Below are positions 38,222-48,926 of a DNA stretch of 64,000 nt, one piece after another. The DNA lies in IMG/VR virus record IMGVR_UViG_3300042898_001532, positions 1 through 64,000 of that record; one strand, 5' to 3'. The position numbers were made by a program, and so were the translations under genes. A model generated the notes under the pieces. That model made no database searches. It was not told the DNA's origin and saw only the letters and a program-made list of their open reading frames with translations. The stretch comes from an uncultured virus (IMG/VR IMGVR_UViG_3300042898_001532). Taxonomy: Duplodnaviria > Heunggongvirae > Uroviricota > Caudoviricetes. Each line of letters begins with the position of its first letter. Positions within the stretch are counted from its first letter, which is position 1.

Positions 38222-38511
38222 ATCTCTTCAATTCTTAAAGTTTTATCATCTATAAATAAATCGTAATACGGTTTGTCAACAAATAATTCATGATATTTTA
38301 CCCCCCACTCATCTAATTGTTTTTTTGTTAAATCATACCAATTTATTTTAGTTCTACTACCTCTAGCCGTCCAATAAACAATAGTATTACCTTCATCGTA
38401 AAGTTTGTTTATTTTATCTATATTTTCTTTTATAGGTTGAGCATTAAAATAATTTCTAGGGTGAGGTGTTTCACATATGGTTTCATCAATGTCTACATAT
38501 ATAACTTTCAT
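38218..38511 (-). CDS. Minimal HAD phosphatase (capsule-biosynthesis-phosphatase-like)
   Basis: VDIDETI, WTARG, KP.YDLFIDDK. Confidence 0.85.
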   Translation of the reverse strand: MKVIYVDIDETICETPHPRNYFNAQPIKENIDKINKLYDEGNTIVYWTARGSRTKINWYDLTKKQLDEWGVKYHELFVDKPYYDLFIDDKTLRIEEI

Positions 38512-39173
38512 ATTAAAGATTTTCTATATTTTTCGTTTTCATCATTTATTAATTTATTAATATCTAAGTCAGACAAATAAGTCATATTCATTTTATCTAC
38601 TCCTGATAAAAAAATTTCTGCAGATTTTTCACAAATTTCTGTTGCAACTACACATTCTTCTATTGTCTTTCCACAAGTTATAATACCATGATTTTTTAAT
38701 AGTATAAGTTTAGGAAAAAATTTTTCACTTTCAATAAATTTATTAACTATATCTTCTATATGTTTAAATAATTCTTCTCCAGGATTTGCATATGGTATGA
38801 CACACGATTTTTTATCATTAAATATTACTTGATCAGGAAACAACCTGTAAACAGAAAAATCATAAATATTGTCTGAACAAAGTATCTTTAGTGTATTTGT
38901 TGGGTGAGTATGACACACATAATTTATTTCCACATGTTTAAGTAAAAATCTATGAAAATTTAATTCCATACTACCTTTTTTACCTAAATTATCTTTTTGG
39001 TTACCCAAAAAATCATAACAAACTATATCGTCATCAGTTAAATTGTTTAAAAATGAACCACTACTTTTTATGAAAAATAAGTCTCCTTCTTTTTTTGATA
39101 TATTCCCCTCTGCACCAACGACAAATTTTTCAATCTTTTTACCTAATAATTTAAGGTCTTTATGTTTATCCAT
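38508..39173 (-). CDS. Class II aldolase/adducin-family protein (epimerase or aldolase)
   Basis: EGNIS, SMELNFH, HTHP, LLKNHGII. Confidence 0.88.
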   Translation of the reverse strand: MDKHKDLKLLGKKIEKFVVGAEGNISKKEGDLFFIKSSGSFLNNLTDDDIVCYDFLGNQKDNLGKKGSMELNFHRFLLKHVEINYVCHTHPTNTLKILCSDNIYDFSVYRLFPDQVIFNDKKSCVIPYANPGEELFKHIEDIVNKFIESEKFFPKLILLKNHGIITCGKTIEECVVATEICEKSAEIFLSGVDKMNMTYLSDLDINKLINDENEKYRKSLI

Positions 39174-39253
39174 ATTAAATGATTTACAACAAAATTAAGT
39201 ATTTTTTTTAAAAAATAAATAGTATTTTGTCTTTATATTTTGTCATAATTCAG

Positions 39254-39261
39254 TATTTTTG
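39254..39261 (+). promoter_or_regulatory. Possible Bacteroidota -7 element, with a divergent partner at 39190-39197 (minus strand)
   Basis: TATTTTTG 4 nt before ATG 39266; TAATTTTG on the minus strand upstream of the aldolase. Confidence 0.45.
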
Positions 39262-39265
39262 TTAA

Positions 39266-40492
39266 ATGAAAATATATAAATTAGATGAGATAAAAGAATT
39301 TACTAACATTCTAAAAAAAGATAAAAACGGTAGGGTTATTAATCTGTACAATTTGAGTGAGTGTCAATTTAATACTGATAAAACATTCTATCCTGATGTG
39401 TCTATTTATTCTTATAAAAATAAAAAACACTTTAACCCAATAAACGAAATAGTATTATCACTAGAGAAACAAAGTATAAAAAAAAATACAAATTTAACCG
39501 TAAAAAAATATAAATATAATGAAGTAAATCCAGTATTTTATTTCATATATAATACAGAAAATTATTTCCATTTTATTTACGATACTTTACCTTATTTAAT
39601 TACATTTAAAAAATTAAAAGATACTACACCTGATATTAAATTATTAGTGAATTACCCTAATCAACAAACAAAACATATATATAAATTCGTTTTAGAATTT
39701 TTAAGTTTAGTTGGTATTAATTTAGAAGATTTAATATTTGTAAATGATGAAACAGTTTATGAAAATATATTTATTTCTTCTTCTTACACTCACAATGAAA
39801 ATTCTAATCTACCTCCAAGAGAAGAAGTATATGGTTTTTTTAGATATATAGTTAATTCTAATTTAAGTCATTTTAAAAATGATACCCCTAAAAAGATTTA
39901 TATTTCGAGAAGAAGTTGGGTACATAACGATTATTCTAACATAGGGACTAATTATACTGCAAAAAGAAAAATGTGTAATGAGGATGAATTAGTAAATTTA
40001 TTAGAAAAAATGGGGTATGTAGAAATTTTTACTGAAAATTTAAACACTATAGAAAAATTAAATTTATTTTTTAACGCAGAAAGTGTTATTGGGGCGATCG
40101 GTGGTGGATTGTGTAATGTTTTATTTTCTAAAGAAGACACTAAGTTGTTAACAATAGTATCCCCAACATTTTTAGATGTCAATTATAGATTTAAATATTC
40201 CTTAGATGGGGTATCAAACAATTACTTTTACAATACTACCCATACTGAGGATAGTGAATTTAAAAGTAATATGAGAGTTGAGTGTGAAGAATTATCTATT
40301 GTTGGTGAGGTGTCTAAAATCGATGGGGATATGTTATCAATAATTTATTCTGATAATTTAGTGGCTGGTTGGAACAACCAAATAAATTTTAAAAAAACTA
40401 CAGTTAATTCTAAAAGTTGTAAGAAATTAGATGAAGGATTAAATTCACCATTTTTAATAGATTTAGAAAAAATTAAAAGTTTAATTTTTTAA
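39266..40492 (+). CDS. Glycosyltransferase family 61 (DUF563)-like
   Basis: NYFHFIYDTLP, KIYISRR, R...NEDEL, F.NAESVIGAIGGGLCN. Confidence 0.82.
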   Translation: MKIYKLDEIKEFTNILKKDKNGRVINLYNLSECQFNTDKTFYPDVSIYSYKNKKHFNPINEIVLSLEKQSIKKNTNLTVKKYKYNEVNPVFYFIYNTENYFHFIYDTLPYLITFKKLKDTTPDIKLLVNYPNQQTKHIYKFVLEFLSLVGINLEDLIFVNDETVYENIFISSSYTHNENSNLPPREEVYGFFRYIVNSNLSHFKNDTPKKIYISRRSWVHNDYSNIGTNYTAKRKMCNEDELVNLLEKMGYVEIFTENLNTIEKLNLFFNAESVIGAIGGGLCNVLFSKEDTKLLTIVSPTFLDVNYRFKYSLDGVSNNYFYNTTHTEDSEFKSNMRVECEELSIVGEVSKIDGDMLSIIYSDNLVAGWNNQINFKKTTVNSKSCKKLDEGLNSPFLIDLEKIKSLIF

Positions 40493-41903
40493 GGCGCATT
40501 ATAATAAATATAATATAATCATAAAAATTGTTTAATTTAGGGATATCTAAATTTATGTCAACATACTTTTTAAAATCTAACGTATAAAAATTATTTTCGA
40601 CACTAACTTCTATTGAAACTTTCAGATTTTTTAAATCCTCTACTATTGACTTTATATCAAAATTAGATTTTAATAATAACCTTAAAGAAATATTTTTATC
40701 CTCAAAATTATTTCCATTTAAATTTTCGTAATAAAAATTTATAATTAAGTCTGATTTTTCTCTCTGGGGATAAATATATTCATAATAATCTTTTCTTCTA
40801 CTTTCTATTTGTTTTAAAGATTTTTCTAAAGTATAACCCCTTTCTTTTGTGTCCCTTTTAATCTTCCAATAGTTCTTTAACTTTTCTTCAGTGTCTATAT
40901 AAATTTTTAAATCATAAATATTTTCATCATTAGTATATAAACTATGTAAACCACACACAATAATATTATCTGTCGGTTCTACAGTTTGTTTGTCTGTAAA
41001 TTTACCAGTGGAATGATCATAATCTACATGATAAATTTCTTTACCAATCTTTAAATCAAATATATCTGAGTTCATTTTAGTAATTAAGTTAGCCTCAGGA
41101 TTTAAATGAGTATATTTTTCCCAATTTGAGTCACCTCTTTCCCATTTATGGTATCTGTCACATTCTAATAAAAATGAATTAGAAAAATATTTTTTAAGGG
41201 TGTTTGCCAATGTAGTTTTACCAGATCCTGAATCTCCCGCAATTGAGAATACGTTACATTTAGATAGAATTACATTATAATCTAAATCTATTAATTCATA
41301 TTTTATATTATTATCATTTAAATAATGATAAATTAGTGTTTCAGGTACATTACCATATTTTTCAATTAAGTTGTCTAAATGATTGTAAATACCAAAATAG
41401 GTATCCATAATTTTTGATGATCCGTAAGCAAAAATATCACATAAAAATTTATCATCTTTCTTATTTAGTTTACTTATATCGATTTTACTGTCTTTTGGTA
41501 TATAAATTACATCTTCATCTATTTTTTTAAAAATATCATCTGATAAAATATTTAAATCTGGTCTATATTTAATTACAACATCGTATTTCTGATTTGTTTC
41601 ATTTAAACTTTTTAGTGTATTTAATTTATAAAATTTTAACCAAGAGTTTTTTACGTCGTTAGTCTTTTTATCTGAATTAATTTCATAATTTGGTTCGTGT
41701 AGAATAACAGGATTTAATTTATTTATTAAAGAATTAATTAAATCCTCCGTATAATTTAAATATTTGTCATCACTTTCTTCATTTTTTGTTATATGGATAT
41801 ACACGTCAACATTATCAAACCTATTAATGATATTTGATTTGATATTTTCTATGTTTAACTCAAAACTTCTTAAATAACCTGAAATGATTAATGCAACATT
41901 CAT
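40473..41903 (-). CDS. Fusion of a putative glycosyltransferase-like N-domain and a phosphoribulokinase/uridine-kinase C-domain
   Basis: N-domain VALIISGYLRSF, YDVVIKYRPD, D.FAYG; C-domain IAGDSGSGKTT, DRYHKWER, YDHSTG, GLH, RD..ERG. Confidence 0.8.
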   Translation of the reverse strand: MNVALIISGYLRSFELNIENIKSNIINRFDNVDVYIHITKNEESDDKYLNYTEDLINSLINKLNPVILHEPNYEINSDKKTNDVKNSWLKFYKLNTLKSLNETNQKYDVVIKYRPDLNILSDDIFKKIDEDVIYIPKDSKIDISKLNKKDDKFLCDIFAYGSSKIMDTYFGIYNHLDNLIEKYGNVPETLIYHYLNDNNIKYELIDLDYNVILSKCNVFSIAGDSGSGKTTLANTLKKYFSNSFLLECDRYHKWERGDSNWEKYTHLNPEANLITKMNSDIFDLKIGKEIYHVDYDHSTGKFTDKQTVEPTDNIIVCGLHSLYTNDENIYDLKIYIDTEEKLKNYWKIKRDTKERGYTLEKSLKQIESRRKDYYEYIYPQREKSDLIINFYYENLNGNNFEDKNISLRLLLKSNFDIKSIVEDLKNLKVSIEVSVENNFYTLDFKKYVDINLDIPKLNNFYDYIIFIIMRLKKLNF

Positions 41904-41906
41904 TAA

Positions 41907-42626
41907 TTATATATTTTTTATTTTGTTATATAATATTTCTATTAATTCTAAACTTATGTTTAGATGATGATTTTCCCCTTCTATTCTAAACTTATCTTTT
42001 ATAATATCATTTTCAGTAATATCATCCCATATATTAATAAATTTAAAATTATTGATCTCACACATTTTTTCTAATTTAGAATTAAAATATTTATGATTTC
42101 GATTACGTATTTCGTTTGAATCATTATATATGTGTTGGTAATCTATAAAATTTATGGATTCATCTAATTCTCCAGTTTCATTAAAGTTATTAGTTACGTG
42201 TGAAATATTATCTTTGAAATTAACATTAAAATTATATTCAATGTTATTCACAGTACAAGGATTAATCCCACTAACAATAAAATCATTTTCATAACCCAAT
42301 AAAAACTCCTCATATTTTTTAATTAAATCGTCAAAAAAATAATCTAAAGAAATTTTTTCATTCTGTAATACTGATTTATAATAATAACCAAATTCAACAT
42401 CACATTGTCCTATCACAAATAAAGTTTTTTGTCTTTCATTAAAATCAAAATTTTTTATTCTTTCCAATAAACCTAATGTTGATTTTTTTTTTAATAACCC
42501 CTTTATACTTGCACCAGGGGCATTTAACAAAATAATATTATTTATGTCTTTATATGATTTTAAATTGTCAAAACCATATTGAGATGTGTGCGAATCTCCA
42601 ATAACAACTAATTCATCTATATTCAT
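41907..42626 (-). CDS. SGNH/GDSL-like esterase or acyltransferase
   Basis: VIGDSH, GAS..GL, GQCD, C-terminal HL. Confidence 0.65.
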   Translation of the reverse strand: MNIDELVVIGDSHTSQYGFDNLKSYKDINNIILLNAPGASIKGLLKKKSTLGLLERIKNFDFNERQKTLFVIGQCDVEFGYYYKSVLQNEKISLDYFFDDLIKKYEEFLLGYENDFIVSGINPCTVNNIEYNFNVNFKDNISHVTNNFNETGELDESINFIDYQHIYNDSNEIRNRNHKYFNSKLEKMCEINNFKFINIWDDITENDIIKDKFRIEGENHHLNISLELIEILYNKIKNI

Positions 42627-43474
42627 ATTATATTATTATTTTTTAAAAATTCAATAAAATCTGATACATTAATTTCCATATTATCATCAGAATCTATTTT
42701 ATTTGTAGTATACTTAAAATAAGGTAGATTAAAATGGTTACATATAGATAAATATTGATTACTTATTTGTGTTGGGTTATTTACATTCAGTTCAACTACA
42801 TTTGTTTTTTCTGAAAAAATACTAAATAATAAACCCCCACTATTAGGTGAAATTATAGTTTCAGAATTTCTAAATAATTTAATTTTTTCTTCCACATTTA
42901 AATCTTCTAAAAATACTACCTCAACACCAAAAGATTTAAGGGTTTCACATAATTCATTTTCATTTATTATTTGTCTTTTTTTAACATTATTAAAAAATTC
43001 ATTACCACTTAATAAATGTGATTTACTTCTACATAAATAATATTTTTTATGGTATTTACTTTCATCTTCACTTTTAGGTATTTTAAAAATAGATTTAATA
43101 TAATCATACCCTTCACCTGAAATGTGATATAACCCATTATCTATGATAGGTTCACCATAATTATTAATAATTATATCTTCACTGTTAATATTTTCTACAA
43201 TTTTAAATTCATCTTTCAATAAATCAAATGCCTCTTTTTGGAAATCTAACATAAAAATATCGTCTTTATATGATGGATTTAAACTAAAATATAAATTATA
43301 TGGTTTTTTTAAGTTCCCATTATATAATTCTTTATTTTGTTCTAATTTACCACCGCCACCGACACCGTTTATACCCCCATTTTGTATGTGTCTTAAACCA
43401 GAAATCATGTAAATAAACCAATGGTAAATAAAAATAGACCCTCTATTTTCTATATGGAATACAACTCTACTCAT
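42623..43474 (-). CDS. Glycosyltransferase family 61-like
   Basis: IYHWF, YYLCRS, RQIINE.EL, LF...E.IISPNSGGL. Confidence 0.78.
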   Translation of the reverse strand: MSRVVFHIENRGSIFIYHWFIYMISGLRHIQNGGINGVGGGGKLEQNKELYNGNLKKPYNLYFSLNPSYKDDIFMLDFQKEAFDLLKDEFKIVENINSEDIIINNYGEPIIDNGLYHISGEGYDYIKSIFKIPKSEDESKYHKKYYLCRSKSHLLSGNEFFNNVKKRQIINENELCETLKSFGVEVVFLEDLNVEEKIKLFRNSETIISPNSGGLLFSIFSEKTNVVELNVNNPTQISNQYLSICNHFNLPYFKYTTNKIDSDDNMEINVSDFIEFLKNNNII

Positions 43475-43476
43475 AT

Positions 43477-44223
43477 TTAAATTTCATTTTTACTAATAAA
43501 TCTATTTTCTTCTGAAGTTTGTAGATTTAATTTATACTTATCTATTATTCTTAATAAATCATCTTTTAAATCATAATAATAATCTAAATTAAGTAATTTA
43601 CCTTTTACTGTTATATGTAAAAAATTTAAGTCTGAAGAAAAAACAAACCCTCTATGATAAACTAAATTTATTTTTTCAGATTTTTGTAACCCATAAAATT
43701 TAAAATTATCGTTAACAAATTTTTGAACATTATCATTAGTTTCAAAAGAAGGATAGGTTTCATCAGGAAATGATTCACATAATCTTAACAAAGAAGTTTT
43801 TTTATATAAAGAAGGTGCATAATCATATGGTGTAAAAAAATGATTGTCAGTTATGTTATTTATACTCGTTAAAATAAAACTATCTTTTTCTAAAATTTCT
43901 TTACTTTTATTGAATACACCAAAACTTATCCTATCTAAATTATTTTCTTTCATAATACTTAAATAGTTAGAAACGGCTTTCTCATCAATATTAATAATCA
44001 CATCAACATCACTAAATAACATAATATACTCATCATCAATATTTTTTAATATTTCTATTAATCTTCTAACATAATTTAAAGTACCATCATATATAAAAGT
44101 ATCGTGTTTAAATATATACCCATTTAAATTATCAGTACATAACAAAATATTTTTACTTTCATAATCATTAATTATATCCCACAAATGTGAATAATTACTA
44201 TTCGAAATTATTATTTTTTTCAT
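43477..44223 (-). CDS. Hypothetical protein, possibly a GT-A glycosyltransferase
   Basis: DVD after a hydrophobic strand; island context. Confidence 0.5.
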   Translation of the reverse strand: MKKIIISNSNYSHLWDIINDYESKNILLCTDNLNGYIFKHDTFIYDGTLNYVRRLIEILKNIDDEYIMLFSDVDVIINIDEKAVSNYLSIMKENNLDRISFGVFNKSKEILEKDSFILTSINNITDNHFFTPYDYAPSLYKKTSLLRLCESFPDETYPSFETNDNVQKFVNDNFKFYGLQKSEKINLVYHRGFVFSSDLNFLHITVKGKLLNLDYYYDLKDDLLRIIDKYKLNLQTSEENRFISKNEI

Positions 44224-44226
44224 AAT

Positions 44227-45108
44227 TTATACATATTTTAACCATTCATTACCTGTTTGAAATTGTGATATATCTTTACCATCATTATCTGTGGTAAATC
44301 CAATATCTTTAATATACTCACTAACACAACAAGAACACTTAGGAGTATTATTAGTCCCCCCCAAATCTGTGTGACAACACCAACAATTATTATGTCCGTC
44401 CATTCTAACATGTGTTAAAAACCCCTCACTTATACCAATTCTTAACCCTAAATCGCCCCATATTTTATCCATATTAGGTTCAATGTGTGGATCACCATTA
44501 GAGTATTTTAAAATTATTTCATTAAAAAATTTTTTTGAAGTAATAAAACAATTATTACTATAACCACAAAATTTAGAATCTATAATATACATTTTAGGGT
44601 TATCATTATATTTTTTAATGTAATTTGAAAATTTTATTTCAGGATTTTCAGTATAATAACACGCATAATCTATTTTACTTATATCAGACATTTCATTATT
44701 ATATTTATGTTTAGTAGTTATAGGGTGACCAGGTATTTTTAAACTTCTTATACGAATCAAATCAATTTTATCTTCATTAATAAGTTTCTCTGAATAATTA
44801 ATAATTTTTATAACTTCTTCCTCACTTGTATGTATTCTAAAATCATTTTCAGTCCATAAAACACACTCATATTTAGATTCTTTAAAAACCCTTTTCATAC
44901 CACCTAACATCATACTATTATAGTCTTCTAAATAGTATTTTACACCATAAAAATCACAAACATTAATTTCCTCACCAACATTATCAGATGGTTGTAGTAC
45001 ACAAAAAACATCGTCAGAAATATTTAATAACCCATAATGTTTATAAGATAATAATGTATTTTTAAGAGTAATAGGTGAATTATGTGATAGTATACCTACA
45101 GATACCAT
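44227..45108 (-). CDS. Putative GT-A fold glycosyltransferase
   Basis: VSVGILSHN, VLWTENDF. Confidence 0.55.
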   Translation of the reverse strand: MVSVGILSHNSPITLKNTLLSYKHYGLLNISDDVFCVLQPSDNVGEEINVCDFYGVKYYLEDYNSMMLGGMKRVFKESKYECVLWTENDFRIHTSEEEVIKIINYSEKLINEDKIDLIRIRSLKIPGHPITTKHKYNNEMSDISKIDYACYYTENPEIKFSNYIKKYNDNPKMYIIDSKFCGYSNNCFITSKKFFNEIILKYSNGDPHIEPNMDKIWGDLGLRIGISEGFLTHVRMDGHNNCWCCHTDLGGTNNTPKCSCCVSEYIKDIGFTTDNDGKDISQFQTGNEWLKYV

Positions 45109-45118
45109 TATTTTAGTT

Positions 45119-45883
45119 TTATATATACGTTATTTTACTTTGCTCAATACCTTCTGGTACTACCCTATATATATCACCAAACCTATTTAATTTATTATAG
45201 TTAAACCATCTTTTTGGTCCAATAATTAATTTTTGATTTTCATTCAAATAAGATGTCCACCAAGAAAAAGATGAGTTAGACATTATCATATATTTACATT
45301 TACTTAAAATATAAAAATCAGTAAATTCATCATTACTAATATATTCTTCATTAGGATATATGGACTTACAATATTCAATATCATCTGTAACAAATAGAAA
45401 CTTTATATCTTTTTTGTTTTCTAAAATATTATTTTTAGCGTAATCATAATATTCTTTAGGTAAAACCCAATCTATTTCTTTATAGTCACCACCTCTTAAA
45501 TGAATGTAGCAATAGTCATCAACATCGTACTTCTTTAATATATCTTCTGATTTTTCATCATATTCTAATTTAAAGTCATTTTTAATAATTCCTTCTATAT
45601 CTTTAAAATAAAAATCAGATTGGAAAAATCCACTAATTAGTGTATTATCAGAAATATTAAATATTTCGTGATGTATATCTTCTGATTTTTGATAAAACAC
45701 ATTAGTTACTACCTTATTATCTACACCCAAATCACATTTTAAATTAAGTTGACTAACCCCCAAAAAATCTCTAGGTATGTGATAATCATACCCATTTTTT
45801 AATGCTATTGATTTACAAACTGCATATTGAAATAGTTGATTACCTAATCTACCACCTCTTTCATTCATTTGTATACTAATCAT
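45119..45883 (-). CDS. Alpha-1,2-fucosyltransferase (GT11)
   Basis: GRLGNQLFQYA, GFFQS, IHLRGGDY, NSSFSWW. Confidence 0.92.
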   Translation of the reverse strand: MISIQMNERGGRLGNQLFQYAVCKSIALKNGYDYHIPRDFLGVSQLNLKCDLGVDNKVVTNVFYQKSEDIHHEIFNISDNTLISGFFQSDFYFKDIEGIIKNDFKLEYDEKSEDILKKYDVDDYCYIHLRGGDYKEIDWVLPKEYYDYAKNNILENKKDIKFLFVTDDIEYCKSIYPNEEYISNDEFTDFYILSKCKYMIMSNSSFSWWTSYLNENQKLIIGPKRWFNYNKLNRFGDIYRVVPEGIEQSKITYI

Positions 45884-46682
45884 TTTTAAAAATTGTATCG
45901 TTAAAATTATTTAAATTATCTATATATCTATTATATGTATTAGCAACACTACCTTTCCAAGGGGCTGACCAATGACAATAATGTGAGACTATTGTGTTAG
46001 AATCCTGATCACCAAAGTATGAAACATATTTATTAGGTATTTGTACCCATCTATCTAAAAATAATAAATTTAAAATTGGTTGATCAGTACCTTCAGTTAA
46101 CCCAACATGATAATTTATTTTCTTAAATCTTTCTCGTAATTTTTCTAATTCATCAACAGTAGATTCATCAATTAATTTTGTATTGAAATACATAAATGCC
46201 GAATTAAAACAATATTTTTGAACATCAAAGTTTTCATCTAGATCCCCCAACGATTCTGTATCCATATTTGTGTTAAAATGTTTTCCATTAATTTGATCCG
46301 ATAAACCACCACAATACCACATACTAAATAAATCTCTAACTGTGTTTTTTTCTCCATCACAATACATATCAACCTCATCTAAATTTTGTATTTTACTTAA
46401 TGATTCATTAATTAAAATATCACAATCTAAGTACATTACTTTTTTCCATTGTTTAAAAAATGAGTCAAAAACACTAAATTTAACATAAAATGGGTTAGAC
46501 ATATTTATTTGTTTGACATAAATACCTTTATCCACAAATTCTCTATATTCTTCTTCAACCATATTTGTTAATAAACAATAATCTCCATCCCATTGACCTT
46601 CTTTTTTAATGTTAACAAATAAAGATTTGGCATGTTCTTTATAATTTTTATCTGCCACTAATACAACTACTTCATTTTTCAT
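45876..46682 (-). CDS. Glycosyltransferase family 8
   Basis: VMYLDCDILI, FNSAFM, DQPILN, HY....PW. Confidence 0.85.
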   Translation of the reverse strand: MKNEVVVLVADKNYKEHAKSLFVNIKKEGQWDGDYCLLTNMVEEEYREFVDKGIYVKQINMSNPFYVKFSVFDSFFKQWKKVMYLDCDILINESLSKIQNLDEVDMYCDGEKNTVRDLFSMWYCGGLSDQINGKHFNTNMDTESLGDLDENFDVQKYCFNSAFMYFNTKLIDESTVDELEKLRERFKKINYHVGLTEGTDQPILNLLFLDRWVQIPNKYVSYFGDQDSNTIVSHYCHWSAPWKGSVANTYNRYIDNLNNFNDTIFKND

Positions 46683-46683
46683 A

Positions 46684-47538
46684 TTATTTTATTTTATTTA
46701 ATTTATTAATTATTTTTAAAGAACAGTTTTTATAGTCAAAATATTCGTTATATATATTATTACCATTCTCCCTCAAAATTTTTATGTGTTCACTATCTAA
46801 CGATTCTAAAATATTTGGTATTTTTTCTATTTGACTTTCATGTATTTTAATACCAATATCCTCAAAATTAAATTCATCATACCAAGGAGTCCAATCTTTA
46901 TCATAAATATATACAGGTATAGATCCTTGTTGGAGGGATTCACAAATTCTAAATGATGTTGCCCCATACCCTCTAGGGCATAAACTAAATACACTTCTTT
47001 CCATTTTATCTACAAATTGTTCATAACTAATTTTTGATAAAACTATATCAAAACCAGATACGTGTCTGAGAGTTTCAGTCATTTTATTTCTTAATGGGTG
47101 AGTATTTGAACCGATAAAACTACACAATATATCCCTTTCTCTATTAATGTCAATATTGTTTCTAGGTTGACAAACTAAGGGTATTGGGTAACCTATATTT
47201 TTTTCTGGTACAATTTTTTGTCCTCCACCACCAGAACAAAATACTATAATATCTAAATCTTCTATGTTTTGTAAAATACCGTCATCATACTGTAAAACAG
47301 TAAAATATTTTTTACTTCTATCTAAATTATTTAAAAACGTTTGAACGTCATCCATATTGGAGTTTCCGTAATTTCTACTTATATACAGATTAGTCCATAA
47401 TATAGGTATATATTCTCTTTCTGTTATAATGTTATTATTAACATAGAAATCATAAAAATACTCCTCATATATTTGATGGTTATTAGGGGGGTATGTATGA
47501 TTAGTTCTTATAAATAAATTTTGTGGGATTTCTACCAT
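46684..47538 (-). CDS. Exostosin-family glycosyltransferase (GT47)
   Basis: RDILCSFIGS, SVFSLCPRGYG..SFRICESL..GSIPVYI. Confidence 0.85.
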   Translation of the reverse strand: MVEIPQNLFIRTNHTYPPNNHQIYEEYFYDFYVNNNIITEREYIPILWTNLYISRNYGNSNMDDVQTFLNNLDRSKKYFTVLQYDDGILQNIEDLDIIVFCSGGGGQKIVPEKNIGYPIPLVCQPRNNIDINRERDILCSFIGSNTHPLRNKMTETLRHVSGFDIVLSKISYEQFVDKMERSVFSLCPRGYGATSFRICESLQQGSIPVYIYDKDWTPWYDEFNFEDIGIKIHESQIEKIPNILESLDSEHIKILRENGNNIYNEYFDYKNCSLKIINKLNKIK

Positions 47539-47539
47539 A

Positions 47540-48256
47540 TTATAAATGTTTAAGTCTATTTATTATTTCTTTTGTATTATTATTACATAATGAACGATTA
47601 TTCAGATACCAACTATTTTCATGTTGTCTATGGAAATAATTTAAACCGCCTACTATTTTTATTCTATTATTTGATTTAATCCATAAATAAGAAAAATAAA
47701 AAGCATCATTTGTTTGTAAATCATATTCTATAGTTTCTCTCAAAAACGAATTTATATAGGTATCTCTATTAACTAAAAAATTACCAGTATTTAGGGCGGT
47801 AGTTATTTCTGGTTTATCTAAAAATAATTTAATATTATCAATAGAGTATTCATAATCTTTATAATTAGAGAAATCGGAAATTAAATCACCATTAAAATGC
47901 AATAATTTTTCTGGTATATACAATGTGTTTTTATCTTTACCTATATTTTTAATAGTGTCAATATAATTGTCATTTAATTTATTATCAGAATCTAAAAGTA
48001 TTACCCATTCGTTTTTAGAATGTTTTACCGCTTCTAATTTATTCATTAATGGTTTTAAATTAGACTCATTCCTATATAATTTTATTTTATCACTTTTTAA
48101 CTCATCTAACTTATTTTTAAGATTATTAAAAAGTGTGTCCTCTGAACAATCGTCAACTATCACTATCTCATCTATTAATTCATTATCTAAAACAGATGAA
48201 AAAGAATCTATTACTAAATCTAATCTATTGTAAGTTGTAATCGCTATTGTAAACAT
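47540..48256 (-). CDS. Glycosyltransferase family 2
   Basis: TIAITTYNR, IVIVDDCSED, WVILLDSDN; start placed at ATG 48256. Confidence 0.88.
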   Translation of the reverse strand: MFTIAITTYNRLDLVIDSFSSVLDNELIDEIVIVDDCSEDTLFNNLKNKLDELKSDKIKLYRNESNLKPLMNKLEAVKHSKNEWVILLDSDNKLNDNYIDTIKNIGKDKNTLYIPEKLLHFNGDLISDFSNYKDYEYSIDNIKLFLDKPEITTALNTGNFLVNRDTYINSFLRETIEYDLQTNDAFYFSYLWIKSNNRIKIVGGLNYFHRQHENSWYLNNRSLCNNNTKEIINRLKHL

Positions 48257-48269
48257 ATCTATTTTAATT

Positions 48270-48926
48270 TTATTGCCAAGTAGTAGTGAATAAGTGTATA
48301 CAAAATGTATTGTCAGTTTTAAAAGATTCAATATAATTTATATCATTTTCATTTAAACTTCTTATACTATGTCTTTCTGCACCAGGAAATGGATAAAAAT
48401 AATCACCTTTTAATATTTTAATATCATATTCCCATTTATTATCATTAATTAATTTTGTTAAATAATAAGGCCCAGTTTCATTCATAACTCTATTAATTTC
48501 ATGTCTCTTTATTGGTTCATTATTTAATATGTCATTTAAAAACTTTTCACATATTTTGTTTTTTGGGGTGGATCCGACTATACTATTCCATACTTCATTA
48601 GGGTTATTTTTATCAGTTCCAGCAAAAAAATCATATTCTAATAATTCATCAAAAGACTTTATCTGTAAAAAATCGTAATCCATATAAATACCACCATACT
48701 TATACAATAATTCAAATCTAAGAATGTCGGATTTAGATCCTAAATTTTCTGTTTCATCAAATAACCTTTGATTAATCAATTCAAAATTAATGTTGTTATC
48801 GTTCCATTCTATAACATCGTAATTTTTATTTTTTTCTTTTATTTTTTCTAATAAAAAATTAAATTTTTTAGGTTTTTCACCCCCTAACCATATTAAATGG
48901 ATTTTTTTAGGTATTTTATTTTCCAT
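48270..48926 (-). CDS. Glycosyltransferase family 32 (DXD-type)
   Basis: IPKKIHLIWLG, SDILRFELLYKYGGIYMDYD, TGPYYLT. Confidence 0.9.
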   Translation of the reverse strand: MENKIPKKIHLIWLGGEKPKKFNFLLEKIKEKNKNYDVIEWNDNNINFELINQRLFDETENLGSKSDILRFELLYKYGGIYMDYDFLQIKSFDELLEYDFFAGTDKNNPNEVWNSIVGSTPKNKICEKFLNDILNNEPIKRHEINRVMNETGPYYLTKLINDNKWEYDIKILKGDYFYPFPGAERHSIRSLNENDINYIESFKTDNTFCIHLFTTTWQ

